This document shows, piece after piece, positions 37,453 to 46,385 of a stretch of 64,000 bases of DNA; the first letter of the stretch is position 1, and each line of letters begins with the position of its first letter. The position numbers and the translations under genes are program-made. Under the pieces are notes generated by a model. It was given only the letters and a program-made list of their open reading frames with translations. It ran no database searches and was not told the origin of the DNA. This stretch comes from Eubacteriales bacterium. GTDB lineage: Bacteria > Bacillota > Clostridia > Lachnospirales > WRAX01. Where the stretch lies: NCBI GenBank assembly GCA_031550435.1, contig JAVBOO010000009.1, forward strand, positions 39,202 to 103,201. The letters are read 5' to 3'.

Positions 37453-38337
37453 TTATGATTTTCGCCTGTTTACAAGATTGCTGTACACCATTCCGCCGAT
37501 AATCACGATTCCGCCGGCAAACGATATCACCGGCATATGTTCACCCAGCCATAAATAAGAGAGCAGTACGGAAGAAAACGGACTCAGGAAAAGAAAATTG
37601 GTAACATGCACTGTCTTTTCGGCCTTGGAAAGGGCAAAGCTCCATAAAAAATATGAAACCGCCGCCGGAAAAACTCCGAGGTAAACTATAGTCAGGTTAA
37701 CGCCGAGCGGCTTCCCGGGGAACTCCGCTGCGAGTTTTGGCAGAAAAACGAGCATAAACATTGTTGCGAACCATACACAGTAAGATATCGCCTCCGTCGG
37801 GCTGTAGCGCTTGAGAAGCTGACGCTGGAGTATGTTATATGCCGCAGTGCAAAATGCGGCCCCGGTCAAAATGACTATTCCGAGGTTGAGTTCAAATTTT
37901 GCGCTCTTGCCGTATGCTACTATAACGAGTCCGGTACAGCTTATCGCGACACCGAGCCATGTGTTAAACCCCGCTTTTTCCTTTAGAATTAATATCGACA
38001 GCACAAGTGTAATCGCCGGGGCAAACGCTATAATAAAGCTGGATATGCCCGAGCTAACAAGGCTTGTACCGGTGTTAAACGCCCACATATACAGAAAAAT
38101 TCCGACAAAACCGCACGAAGCAAAAAGCAAAATGTCCTTTTTACGGGGAGGTTTTATTCCTTTGAAAAGCGCAAAAACAGCAAGCGTTGCGGATGCGACG
38201 AGAAAACGGAACAGCATAATCGATTCCGGGCTGTAGCTGTCCAGGCAGTACTTAACCGCGGGAAAGGCGGATGACCAGAATAGTATAGCAAAAAGTGCCG
38301 CTGCGTATGATTTTTGTTTATCATTTACATTTGTCAA
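37453..38337 (-). CDS. DMT-superfamily (EamA) transporter
   Basis: Ten-TM-like hydrophobic profile with two EamA halves (LFWSSAFPAVK...). The ORF is open to 38427, but that extension runs into repeat C2. GGAG 8 nt before TTG 38337 gives a conventional N-terminus (M)TNVNDKQKSYAAALFAILFW. The start is uncertain. Confidence 0.75.
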   Translation of the reverse strand: MTNVNDKQKSYAAALFAILFWSSAFPAVKYCLDSYSPESIMLFRFLVASATLAVFALFKGIKPPRKKDILLFASCGFVGIFLYMWAFNTGTSLVSSGISSFIIAFAPAITLVLSILILKEKAGFNTWLGVAISCTGLVIVAYGKSAKFELNLGIVILTGAAFCTAAYNILQRQLLKRYSPTEAISYCVWFATMFMLVFLPKLAAEFPGKPLGVNLTIVYLGVFPAAVSYFLWSFALSKAEKTVHVTNFLFLSPFSSVLLSYLWLGEHMPVISFAGGIVIIGGMVYSNLVNRRKS

Positions 38338-38363
38338 AATAACAACTCCAAATAATATACTTC

Positions 38364-38511
38364 GCAACAAAATATAGTAAAACGCTATGTTTTGCTGTAC
38401 CCTAACTAAGACGCAGATACGCCGCATTTGACCGCTGCGGCGTATCTAAGCGTGTCTGCAAGACTCAAGTAACCGTGTAAGTATTTTATTCGGTGTTTAA
38501 CTTCCGCGGTA
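38364..38511 (+). repeat. repeat family C, copy 2 (uninterrupted on its left side)
   Basis: GCAACAAAATATAGTAAAACGCTATGTTTTGCTG...GATACGCCGCA-TTTGACCGC-TGCGGCGTATC...AACTTCCGCGGTA. It serves as the empty-site paralog for the B2 insertion. Its right end is interrupted by A3, and homology to C1 resumes at 38620. Confidence 0.75.
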
Positions 38512-38619
38512 TTGATCCCCTGATTAAACATGCGGTTTAATCATCCCCTTATACCGGCCCTTCGGGCCTAAGGGGGATTGAGGCGACAAGTTTAGCGAAT
38601 ATTTTAATTGTCGCCGCAA
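38512..38619 (+). mobile_element. repeat family A, copy 3, inserted in the right end of C2
   Basis: TTGATCCCCTGATTAAAC...GGCCCTTCGGGCC...ATTGAGGCGACAAGTTTAGCGAATATTTTAATTGTCGCCGCAA flanked by TA (38510-11) and TA (38620-21). Removing it restores CCGCGGTAATAATTTCAG, compared with C1 CCGCGGTAATATGAATTTCAG. Confidence 0.75.
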
Positions 38620-38719
38620 TAATAATTTCAGAGCAAAATGATATCACTTTTAACGCAAGGTTACAAACGTTTTTTTGAAGAATAATTTAAACGGGCAAAA
38701 TGAATGGGGTATAAAACAG

Positions 38720-38749
38720 TTGACTTTGTTTAATGATAGGGCATATAAT
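38720..38749 (+). promoter_or_regulatory. orphan near-consensus promoter upstream of the mgtE leader
   Basis: TTGACT (38720-38725), 18-nt spacer, TATAAT (38744-38749). No convincing CDS follows for ~500 nt. Confidence 0.45.
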
Positions 38750-39059
38750 TGGACAAGCGCCGAATAATCTGTCTGATGCATTACTTCGGTGTGTATAATT
38801 CCGGATATTACAGAGGAGGGGAAAAAGTGGAACTTATAGGTCGAAGTACGAAGGCAGACGATACTGTACCGCTTAGGCCGGCACTTTGGCATAAGTTTGC
38901 TTTGCGCCCTTAAGAGTCTTTGAGACGGTACGTCTGCATTCGTATATACGGTTGAGAGGTATATCGGGATATAATAGCGGAACGGGAGTTTCGCGGTTTT
39001 CCTGTGCTTTTGTTAACCGTTGACGGAGCAGGCTTTTTTGTTGCCTTCATACCCGATTT

Positions 39060-39181
39060 GGGCATGTTGAAAAATCGCCTTGCGGCTTTCCATTGAAAAT
39101 GGAAAAGCACCATTTTTCAATGGAGAGTGCCGCTCGCTCAACCCACTACAGTGGGTTTCGTGCGCAATTTTCAACACTTCC
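39060..39181 (-). mobile_element. MITE family B, copy 3 (inverted orientation)
   Basis: Reverse complement of B1 with about 3 mismatches by eye. The flanks are GATTT (39055-39059) and GATTA (39182-39186). It lies ~95 nt upstream of the mgtE start. Confidence 0.8.
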
Positions 39182-39276
39182 GATTAAAGCGGTGTTCGGC
39201 CTGTGTTCGGCCGTTCGCCCGGCAATTACTCCATCAGGGAGGACTTTGCCTGAAATTACTTTTAGGAGGTATGAAA

Positions 39277-40617
39277 GTGGAGAACGAGAGATATCTTGAA
39301 CTAGTTAACGAAAAGAAATTCAGACAGCTTAAGCATGAAATAACGGAAGAAAACGAAGTCGATATCGCGTCGTTTTTAGAGGAGCTTCCTCTGGAAAAAG
39401 CAGCCCTGACATTCAGAATGCTTCCGAAAGAGCTTGCGGCCCAAGTGTTCGCCCATCTATCGCTTGAGTTTCAACAGTATATAGTCGAGGCGGTAACGGA
39501 TAAAGAACTCAGCGCAATTGTTGAGGATCTGTTTATTGACGATATGGTAGACTTTCTTGAGGAAGTGCCGTCAATAGTTGTAAAGAGAGTTCTCAGGAAC
39601 GCGAAGGAAGATACCCGCCATCTTATTAACCAGTTTTTGCAGTATCCCGAAAACTCTGCCGGCAGTGTCATGACTGCCGAATATGTGGGTATTAAAAAAA
39701 GCATAACCGTAAAGCAAGCATTCGAACAGATACGAAAATACGGCGTTGATAAAGAAACTATATATACTTGCTACGTGACCGACCCAAATCGTATACTTGA
39801 AGGTATCGTGTCGGTTAAGACATTGCTGCTGTCAGACGAAGATACCGGGATACAAGATATAATGGACGAAAACATTATATCGGTTACAACTACGGACGAC
39901 AGGGAAGAGGCGGCGCATGTTTTCAGCCGTTACGGATTACTGTCGCTGCCGGTAGTCGATCATGAGAACAGGCTGTGCGGTATCATCACGATAGATGATA
40001 TCGTCGAGGTTATCGAAGAAGAGGCCACAGAAGACTTCCAAAAAATGGCCGGCTTGACGCCTTCGGAAAAGCCGTATCTCAAAACGGGAGTGTTCTCGTT
40101 AGCGGGCAACCGGATAGTCTGGCTGCTTGTACTAATGTTTTCCGCTATGATAACCGGTGGGATACTCGAGAGCTTTCAGGATGCTTTTGTGGCTATGCCG
40201 CTCTTGGTAGCGTTTATACCGATGCTTACCGATACAGGAGGGAACGCGGGTTCGCAATCATCGACACTTGTGATAAGAGGTATGGCGGTCGGGGAGATAC
40301 AGCTTCGCGATGCGTTTAAGGTTCTGCGCAAAGAACTTGGCGTCAGCGTGCTGGTAGGTATTGTGCTTGCCGCCGCGAATTTTATAAGACTGTATTTTTT
40401 CCAATATCCCGGAAATATGATGGTTGCTTTAACAATCGCCCTGAGTCTTATAGTGACGGTTATAATCGCGAAGGCGATAGGTGGATTGCTTCCTCTCGGG
40501 GCAAAGCTTGTCAGGGTTGATCCTGCGATTATGGCAGCTCCGATAATCACGACGATAGTGGACGCGTTTGCATTGATAGTATATCTGATGATTGCAAAGG
40601 CATTGCTTAAGCTATAG
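39277..40617 (+). CDS. mgtE: magnesium transporter MgtE
   Basis: MgtE N-domain, CBS pair (ILEGIVSVKTLL..., LCGIITIDDIVEVIEEE) and a TM domain with DTGGNAGSQSSTLVIRG. AGGAGG (39264-69) is 7 nt before GTG 39277, and ATG 39271 is too close to it. The ORF-track start at 39127 reads through MITE B3 and is spurious. Confidence 0.9.
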   Translation: MENERYLELVNEKKFRQLKHEITEENEVDIASFLEELPLEKAALTFRMLPKELAAQVFAHLSLEFQQYIVEAVTDKELSAIVEDLFIDDMVDFLEEVPSIVVKRVLRNAKEDTRHLINQFLQYPENSAGSVMTAEYVGIKKSITVKQAFEQIRKYGVDKETIYTCYVTDPNRILEGIVSVKTLLLSDEDTGIQDIMDENIISVTTTDDREEAAHVFSRYGLLSLPVVDHENRLCGIITIDDIVEVIEEEATEDFQKMAGLTPSEKPYLKTGVFSLAGNRIVWLLVLMFSAMITGGILESFQDAFVAMPLLVAFIPMLTDTGGNAGSQSSTLVIRGMAVGEIQLRDAFKVLRKELGVSVLVGIVLAAANFIRLYFFQYPGNMMVALTIALSLIVTVIIAKAIGGLLPLGAKLVRVDPAIMAAPIITTIVDAFALIVYLMIAKALLKL

Positions 40618-40833
40618 CGTTGGCTTCGCAAAACCCTCTAAATAGAGGAAAAAATATGACAGAGGATTTTGAAAAATCAAGGATGACGCATAAGGACTTT
40701 TATAGGGTTCAAAGCTCAGGCTCCGAAGTGATCGGGACGGATGCCGGGCGAGTGGTTCCGCGAAGTTGTCGATTACACGGCGGGAAAATATTTTTCGGTA
40801 TATGCCGGAGCTTGGCTTGTAGGTAATGTGAAT

Positions 40834-40887
40834 AAAAAAAGGGCTGTATCGGTGATTCGCGAGAATCATCCGATACGCCCTTTTTTT
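40834..40887. terminator. bidirectional intrinsic terminator
   Basis: A ~19-bp interrupted stem GGGCTGTATCGGTGATTC-GCGA-GAATCATCCGATACGCCC, flanked by A7 and T7. Confidence 0.85.
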
Positions 40888-40927
40888 ATTCACAACTTAC
40901 GCGGAGATTAACATCCCCGTTGTTTTA

Positions 40928-42019
40928 CTAATTCGTTACTTTTACTGCCGTTGTTGCTTTGAGTGTTTTTGTCGGAGTCGTAAGAGTGCAGGTAATAATA
41001 ACGGTTCCGGCAGTTTTTGCGGTTACGAGTCCGGTAACGGGATCAACCTGAGCCACAGCGGGGTTAGACGATGTCCAAACAAGCGTAGCGTTAGGATCTT
41101 CCAGAGCGCGTTCCGGTGTTACGATTGCGTTAAGCTGCAATGTTTTGCCCTTTGCAAGCGATGAAAGAGCGGGGCCGGAAATCTTTAAGCTCGTCGGTTC
41201 CGGAGCGGTTACGTTAAGCACAAAGCTGTGTGTGAATTCAGCGCCCAGTTCATCTCTGAATTTGAGAGTGATGGTAGCGGGGCCGACGTTAAACGTTGTG
41301 ATTATTCCTGCCGGGCTTACTTTGGCAATGTTCTTGTTAGAAGAAGACCAGCTTATTACTTCTCCTTTGGCTGCCGCGTCGGCAGGCTCTGTCACGGGAT
41401 AAGCCTCAAGGACTGTTCCGACTAATACCGATGTGCCGCTCTCGATATTGGCTCTGACGGTTTTCGCTCCGCTTTGTGAGCCGGTTAACTGAGTTACAGC
41501 GGTTTGGGACTCTCCGCCGTTTGAGACTGCGGCTACGGTTGTGTTGGTCTTATCTTTTGCGAATGAGCCGAAGAGCAGAACAGAAACTTCTTCCGCTGAC
41601 TTGTCGAGGAGCTTGAATGTAACTCTTGCCACGGTTGAGGCAGTGTTACTGTCAAGCGGGTTCGACGGTTTTGAAGCTAAAAGTACTGAGTTAGTCGCTG
41701 TACCTTCGGGGTAGGTGAACATTTTCGAAAGGTAGCTTCCGACTGTAAAAAGCTTATCGTTAAGTGCTTTTGTGGTGACATACTCAAGTTTGCTTTTGTC
41801 ATATTGCAATCTGAAAATAAGCATGTAAACGTTTGTCGCGTTTTCAACCACCACATCGTAGTTCAGGTAATATGTTCCTGTGCTGTCTCTGTCGATGTAC
41901 ACCGGACTTGCGACAGGCTGTAATTTAATATTAACTGTCTCCGCCGCCGATACTGTTGCAGGCATAAACATTGCGAAGGCAATTATGAATGTAAGCATTA
42001 TGCTTATAATGCGTTTCAT
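40928..42019 (-). CDS. secreted protein with an N-terminal cohesin-like beta domain and two C-terminal Big_2 Ig-like domains
   Basis: RBS TAGGAGGA precedes ATG 42019, followed by signal peptide MKRIISIMLTFIIAFAMFMPATVSA. The N-terminal ~170 aa (NIKLQPV...YMLIFRLQYDKSKLEYV...ARVTFKLL) resembles the cohesin fold (low confidence). There are two Big_2 units (ISWSSSNKNIAKVSPAGIITT..., VWTSSNPAVAQVDPVTGLVTAKTAGTVIITC). Confidence 0.75.
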   Translation of the reverse strand: MKRIISIMLTFIIAFAMFMPATVSAAETVNIKLQPVASPVYIDRDSTGTYYLNYDVVVENATNVYMLIFRLQYDKSKLEYVTTKALNDKLFTVGSYLSKMFTYPEGTATNSVLLASKPSNPLDSNTASTVARVTFKLLDKSAEEVSVLLFGSFAKDKTNTTVAAVSNGGESQTAVTQLTGSQSGAKTVRANIESGTSVLVGTVLEAYPVTEPADAAAKGEVISWSSSNKNIAKVSPAGIITTFNVGPATITLKFRDELGAEFTHSFVLNVTAPEPTSLKISGPALSSLAKGKTLQLNAIVTPERALEDPNATLVWTSSNPAVAQVDPVTGLVTAKTAGTVIITCTLTTPTKTLKATTAVKVTN

Positions 42020-42053
42020 TTGCAATCCTCCTATCTCAGACAATCGTCCGGTT

Positions 42054-45000
42054 TTAGTAATTAAGCGATGGTATCTCTTGAAGGACAAACGTCATTTCAA
42101 AAGTATACAGGAAGAAATCCTGGAAGTACTTCAGCTTGTGTATTCTCAAAGTTTCTCCGGGAATATACGGCTGTTCGATATACGTGAAACCATGCGGGCT
42201 GGCAAGCGAAGGATAATCTTCACCGAGGTATGAGAATACCGGTCTTTCGTCTATAGCCGGAGACAAATCGGTAGGTACCTTAAAGGATACATAGCCTTCA
42301 TCCTCGGCAAACGCCTCAGCTTTTTCCCAAAGGTCAAGCGTCCAAGGTTTAGTCGAAATGGTTGTTCTTCTGTACGTAGTTTGGCCCTCTATTCTGAGAT
42401 CCCAGAATACAACATGCTGCGGAGTTGCGGGAACCTCGGGAATATATATTCTGTTTGCGCCGAATTTTATCGGGACTTCGATTACTCCGGGAACAGGAAC
42501 GATTTTGCCGTTAACAAAACTCATAAGTGTTGCATACATCGTTTTGTCTTCGATATTTGTTCCGGTAACGATATTGACGTTAGCTTCAAACGGAACTCCT
42601 TCCGTAAGGTAAGTTGTAACAGAGGAGATGCCGATTGCCGGAGTAAGGCCGGAATTGTCCGGTTTCTCCAGGAACTCGCTGACTCTGTTTTCGGCATAGT
42701 CCGCAAGTCCTACGGTAACGTTTTTCTTTATGTTTTCAATACCGAATTCTTCAACCGCTCTTGTTATATTGAATGTAAAGCTGTAATCCGTAACGTTCGG
42801 GGACTGAACTCCGTCGCCGCCTACTGCGTTAGCGGTGACCCAAATGGTTCTAAGTTTATGGTTGTCGTGCGCGTCTACGCGGATGAACCATTCGCTGCCT
42901 TCCTGGTAAATTTCATAGTTGTAGGTGGGGTATGTGTTGTCGATAGCGACCGGGCATTCCCAGGACTGCGGATTGCCGTATATATCAATACATGTCAGCA
43001 CATAGTTATATTGCCCGTCGGGAAGAACTGCTCCCGAGTCATCGGTACCGTCCCAAGCGACGCTTCCGAATGTATATCCGACAAGCTGGCCTGCGGGGTT
43101 TGTAAACGTTTTCGGACGCATATTGTCGTACTGGCTTCCGTCAATATGTTTTACTTTTTGACCTTCAGAGTCGTATACTTCTGCATATGCGTTTGTAGTA
43201 CTCCTCATCATAGCGAGCATCGGAGCTGCTATGTCATATTCGTTGTTGCCGTTAGGCGAGATGGCTATCAGGTCCTTCGAATATATCGTTGCGTTGTAGG
43301 GGTTATAGCCGAGAATCTGAGACTCGCACACCATTCTGTCTACAGCGTAGAACGGGTAACTCTCAAGCGACTCGATTTCGTCGTACATCGTGCTCTTGTC
43401 AAAGATAGGAGTTGCGCTCCAATCGCCTACAAAACCGAGGAAGGGGATTGAAAGTTCATAAAGTTCTCCCACCGGTTTAGCGAATACAAAGCCGTTTACG
43501 AAGTAGCCGTTCTTGAATTTATAGCTTAAATTCTCGCGCATAGCATCCGTAACCGTAAACGTAACGGTTATCTTAGCCTTCGCAAGAGGCGTAAGCGTTA
43601 AAGTCTTGCCGGAAATGATCGCATTGTTCGATGTAAATACGACATTTTCGGAAATGATTTGCTCAAGCGTCGTGTTCAAGTGAAGTGTATCGCTCGAGTC
43701 ATCTGTATTAACAAGAGTCAAGGTGTTATCGGCAAGCAACGTGCCGCTCAGCTCAAATTTCTTTGTTGTAATTCCGATATTCTCAATGTAGACATCGAAC
43801 TTCACGGTCTTGGAGTCGACATGGTCGCCGAGCTCGATTTTTGTTCTGTTATCTTTTGCGTACATAACAGCCGCAGTCTCTAATGCTCCGTACATGTCGA
43901 TAAGTCCGGCGCCTTGAGCCTGAGCCGAATAGTAGATTCCCTTCTCGTCTTTAATAGGACGAGCTGAGGACATGAGCAGGTTCTCGATAAGCTGTTCCTG
44001 CTGTTTTCTGGGCATATTCGGGAATTTTTTCTCTACATATTCTCTTACTAGTACTGCGGCTCCGGCAACCTGAGGAGTAGCCATTGACGTTCCGCTTTTG
44101 TAATTGTACTTCTCGGGGGTTATAACAGTCGAGTAAATCATACCGCCCACACCGGTAAGGTCGGGCTTAAGCTGAAGGCTCGGAGTAACGCCGCGGGAAG
44201 AGAACGTAGAAATGCCTTCCGCACCGGATTCCGCCAGTATCACATTGCCCTTATCGAAGGTAACGGAGCCTCCGCCTGCAGCCGCAAGTATTTCTCCGTT
44301 CGCTTTCTCAATAGCGATTACGGGTATAGCGGTATTGGCATCCGTACCAACCATAATAATGCCTTCAACGTTGTTACGGATTATAACACCTGCCGCTCCG
44401 CGGGATCTGGCATTATTAACCTTTGTTGCGAACGCGGATATAGTTGAATCTCCGCCGCGGGAGACAAGAACTATTTTCCCATTTACGTCAAGTCCGGCAT
44501 AGTCAGAAATTGCGCCGAAACCGGGTATGTTTACATACTGCATTGTTTTCCCATGGAAAACTTCACTTGCCGGATGTTTTGTTCCTGTATCCGTGAATCT
44601 GATATTCTGTCCGTTGTATACAAAATATCTGAGCGTAAGATTCGCGTTTTCGGCAGACGCTACGGTGTTAGCGGAAGCGAATGTACCGGGCGCACCTACT
44701 GTACCGTAATCCGGGAACTCTGCGTAAGGATAGTAGCCCGCGATGCTTCCTGTTCTGTGCAGAAGGCTGTTCTGTCCGACCCACGAGCTGTTACCGGCGG
44801 AAGAGGCAACATAGGTTCCGCCCAAATCGCAGGTGTTAAAGGCATTTTCGAGGTTGAACATTCCGTAATTTCCGGGATAAGAATCAAATCCGCACGGAGT
44901 GCCGAGCGAAAGGTTGATTGAGTCTGCTCCGAGCTTAAAAGCGTCTTCAACGCCGGCAAGGATAGCCGCGTCACTGGAGCTTCCGTCTGCGGATGAGAAG

Positions 45001-46052
45001 ACTTTCATCGCCATGAGCTGTGCTTTGGGAGCCATACCGATAACTACGCCTTCATCGGTTGCGTTAGCGGCGGTGATACCGGCAACGTGAGTTCCGTGGC
45101 CGACAAGGTCGTCCATGGGGTCTCTGTCTTTATCCCTGTAGTCATAGCCGAAAATTACCTTATCGTTAAAATAATACTGAAGTTTGGAGTCAACACGTGC
45201 GGTAAGGCCGACTGTGTTCTTAACTTCTTCGACGCGGGCGATAAAATCATTCTTCATGATTCTTCCGGGGGCATCGAGGTTGTTGAGGAGTTCGTGGTCG
45301 TATTTAATGCCTGTATCAACGATGGCAATAAGCTTGCCTTCTCCCTGATATCCGCTTGTCCATGCGTAGTTGGCCGAAACCATCTTTGTTGCCGACAAGT
45401 CATCGGGTGTAACGGGAGCTTCGTAAGTATTTGATATGTAAACATCTTTTACGAGGGGGTTTTCCCTGAGAGCAAGCATATCCTTGTATGAGAGATTTGC
45501 CGCAAAGCCGTTGATTATTGTCGTGTAATTGCAGATAATCTCTGCGTCGGCATCCATAGAGACGATATCGTTGATTACCGCTTCTTGTTCGCTGATAATC
45601 GTTTCGGCTCTAAGCTGCACTTCTTTTACTTTCAGAGCTTCAGCCTGTCTTGCCTGAGCCTCTTCAAGCTTTGAAGCTGTTCTTGAGGAACTTTCTTGAA
45701 ATTCGGGTTTGTGGTAAGCGCTTAATTTCTGTATATCTGTTCCTATCGGCTCGCTTTTAAGCTCAACTATAACTTCAAAACGAGCGTTCTCGTCGACTAC
45801 GTCGTTTACGGCCAGTGTATCGACGTCAATCTTTTTACCGTTATCGTGCTCGATATTGGTAAAATTGACATCTTTCACTGCCTCGTCGTAGTCCACTTTT
45901 CTTGATGCGGCATCGGTTCCGTCAGCTTGGCTGAAATCCTGGTACACAACATATTCGCCGTCCTCAAGCACCGGCTCGGACGCGAATACCGTTGTATGGA
46001 TTGAAGTGACCAGCATGGTTGAAACCAGCAATGTTGCTAACAGCCTTTTCAT
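42054..46052 (-). CDS. secreted subtilisin-family (S8) serine protease with a PA-domain insertion, cell-envelope proteinase type
   Basis: 1332 aa with a signal peptide. Catalytic blocks are VDTGIKYDH, HGTHVAGI and SGTSMATPQVAG. PA domain GKIVLVSRGG...AAGVIIRNN. The C-terminal regions are Fn3/FlgD-Ig-like (WDGTDDSGAVLPDGQYNY). Confidence 0.9.
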   Translation of the reverse strand: MKRLLATLLVSTMLVTSIHTTVFASEPVLEDGEYVVYQDFSQADGTDAASRKVDYDEAVKDVNFTNIEHDNGKKIDVDTLAVNDVVDENARFEVIVELKSEPIGTDIQKLSAYHKPEFQESSSRTASKLEEAQARQAEALKVKEVQLRAETIISEQEAVINDIVSMDADAEIICNYTTIINGFAANLSYKDMLALRENPLVKDVYISNTYEAPVTPDDLSATKMVSANYAWTSGYQGEGKLIAIVDTGIKYDHELLNNLDAPGRIMKNDFIARVEEVKNTVGLTARVDSKLQYYFNDKVIFGYDYRDKDRDPMDDLVGHGTHVAGITAANATDEGVVIGMAPKAQLMAMKVFSSADGSSSDAAILAGVEDAFKLGADSINLSLGTPCGFDSYPGNYGMFNLENAFNTCDLGGTYVASSAGNSSWVGQNSLLHRTGSIAGYYPYAEFPDYGTVGAPGTFASANTVASAENANLTLRYFVYNGQNIRFTDTGTKHPASEVFHGKTMQYVNIPGFGAISDYAGLDVNGKIVLVSRGGDSTISAFATKVNNARSRGAAGVIIRNNVEGIIMVGTDANTAIPVIAIEKANGEILAAAGGGSVTFDKGNVILAESGAEGISTFSSRGVTPSLQLKPDLTGVGGMIYSTVITPEKYNYKSGTSMATPQVAGAAVLVREYVEKKFPNMPRKQQEQLIENLLMSSARPIKDEKGIYYSAQAQGAGLIDMYGALETAAVMYAKDNRTKIELGDHVDSKTVKFDVYIENIGITTKKFELSGTLLADNTLTLVNTDDSSDTLHLNTTLEQIISENVVFTSNNAIISGKTLTLTPLAKAKITVTFTVTDAMRENLSYKFKNGYFVNGFVFAKPVGELYELSIPFLGFVGDWSATPIFDKSTMYDEIESLESYPFYAVDRMVCESQILGYNPYNATIYSKDLIAISPNGNNEYDIAAPMLAMMRSTTNAYAEVYDSEGQKVKHIDGSQYDNMRPKTFTNPAGQLVGYTFGSVAWDGTDDSGAVLPDGQYNYVLTCIDIYGNPQSWECPVAIDNTYPTYNYEIYQEGSEWFIRVDAHDNHKLRTIWVTANAVGGDGVQSPNVTDYSFTFNITRAVEEFGIENIKKNVTVGLADYAENRVSEFLEKPDNSGLTPAIGISSVTTYLTEGVPFEANVNIVTGTNIEDKTMYATLMSFVNGKIVPVPGVIEVPIKFGANRIYIPEVPATPQHVVFWDLRIEGQTTYRRTTISTKPWTLDLWEKAEAFAEDEGYVSFKVPTDLSPAIDERPVFSYLGEDYPSLASPHGFTYIEQPYIPGETLRIHKLKYFQDFFLYTFEMTFVLQEIPSLNY

Positions 46053-46093
46053 TCCTTAAACTCCTCCTCAAAAGTATTTTCAGGTTCGACTTG

Positions 46094-46122
46094 AGGATAA
46101 TTCAAATTGAAAAAAATGTCAA
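46094..46122 (-). promoter_or_regulatory. candidate promoter of the protease operon
   Basis: Minus strand: TTGACA (46122-46117), 17-nt spacer, TATCCT (46099-46094). Confidence 0.4.
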
Positions 46123-46385
46123 TACTAGAAAAATATACAATATATCATAAGAAATGGTAATATTATGCACTGCTTACATTGATTTCGTCAAACATGCACA
46201 GTTTCCGAGTAATATGGCAATTGATAATTAGGGATTTTTAACTATTGCGGTGCATAACACAAGGTTAAAAAAAATAATGGAAAAGTTTGGGACTGGTGTC
46301 GTAATTCTTAAAGGTCACAAAGTTGTTATATATGAAAGCATTAAATAAGCTCAAAATATGGCGTGCTGTCCCGTACGTCTACTAA

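Noticed and set aside
38338-38427. The 30-codon 5' extension of the DMT transporter ORF (MRRICVLVRVQQNIAFYYILL...).
   Set aside because: It overlaps repeat C2. GGAG plus TTG 38337 gives a normal EamA N-terminus. This remains uncertain because TTG starts are less common.
38650-39113. Minus-strand ORFs of 80 aa and 67 aa in the mgtE upstream region.
   Set aside because: They have no RBS and odd composition. One runs into MITE B3, and the region is better explained as a plus-strand leader.
38750-39270. An M-box (ykoK) Mg2+ riboswitch expected upstream of mgtE.
   Set aside because: I searched by eye for the conserved GGTGAGGCTCC and GCTAAAGCTCTAC segments and did not find them. A covariance-model scan would be decisive.
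39127-39276. The N-terminal 50-codon extension of the mgtE ORF.
   Set aside because: It reads through MITE B3 and lacks an RBS. A perfect AGGAGG precedes GTG 39277, and the conserved MgtE N-domain begins there.
40656-40826. A 56-aa ORF downstream of mgtE (MTEDFEKSRMTHKDFYRVQSSGSEVIGTDAGRVVPRSCRLHGGKIFFGICRSLACR) with an AGAGGA RBS, lying before the terminator at 40834.
   Set aside because: No recognisable family, and coding potential cannot be judged from one sequence. It is noted only because mgtE otherwise has a 220-nt 3'UTR.
40928-46052. Cellulosome-type dockerin (paired DxNxDGxxxxxD) or LPXTG/NPQTN sorting signals in the large secreted proteins.
   Set aside because: I inspected the C-termini and repeats of the 948-, 1366-, 1332-, 363- and 548-aa proteins. 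No such motifs are present.
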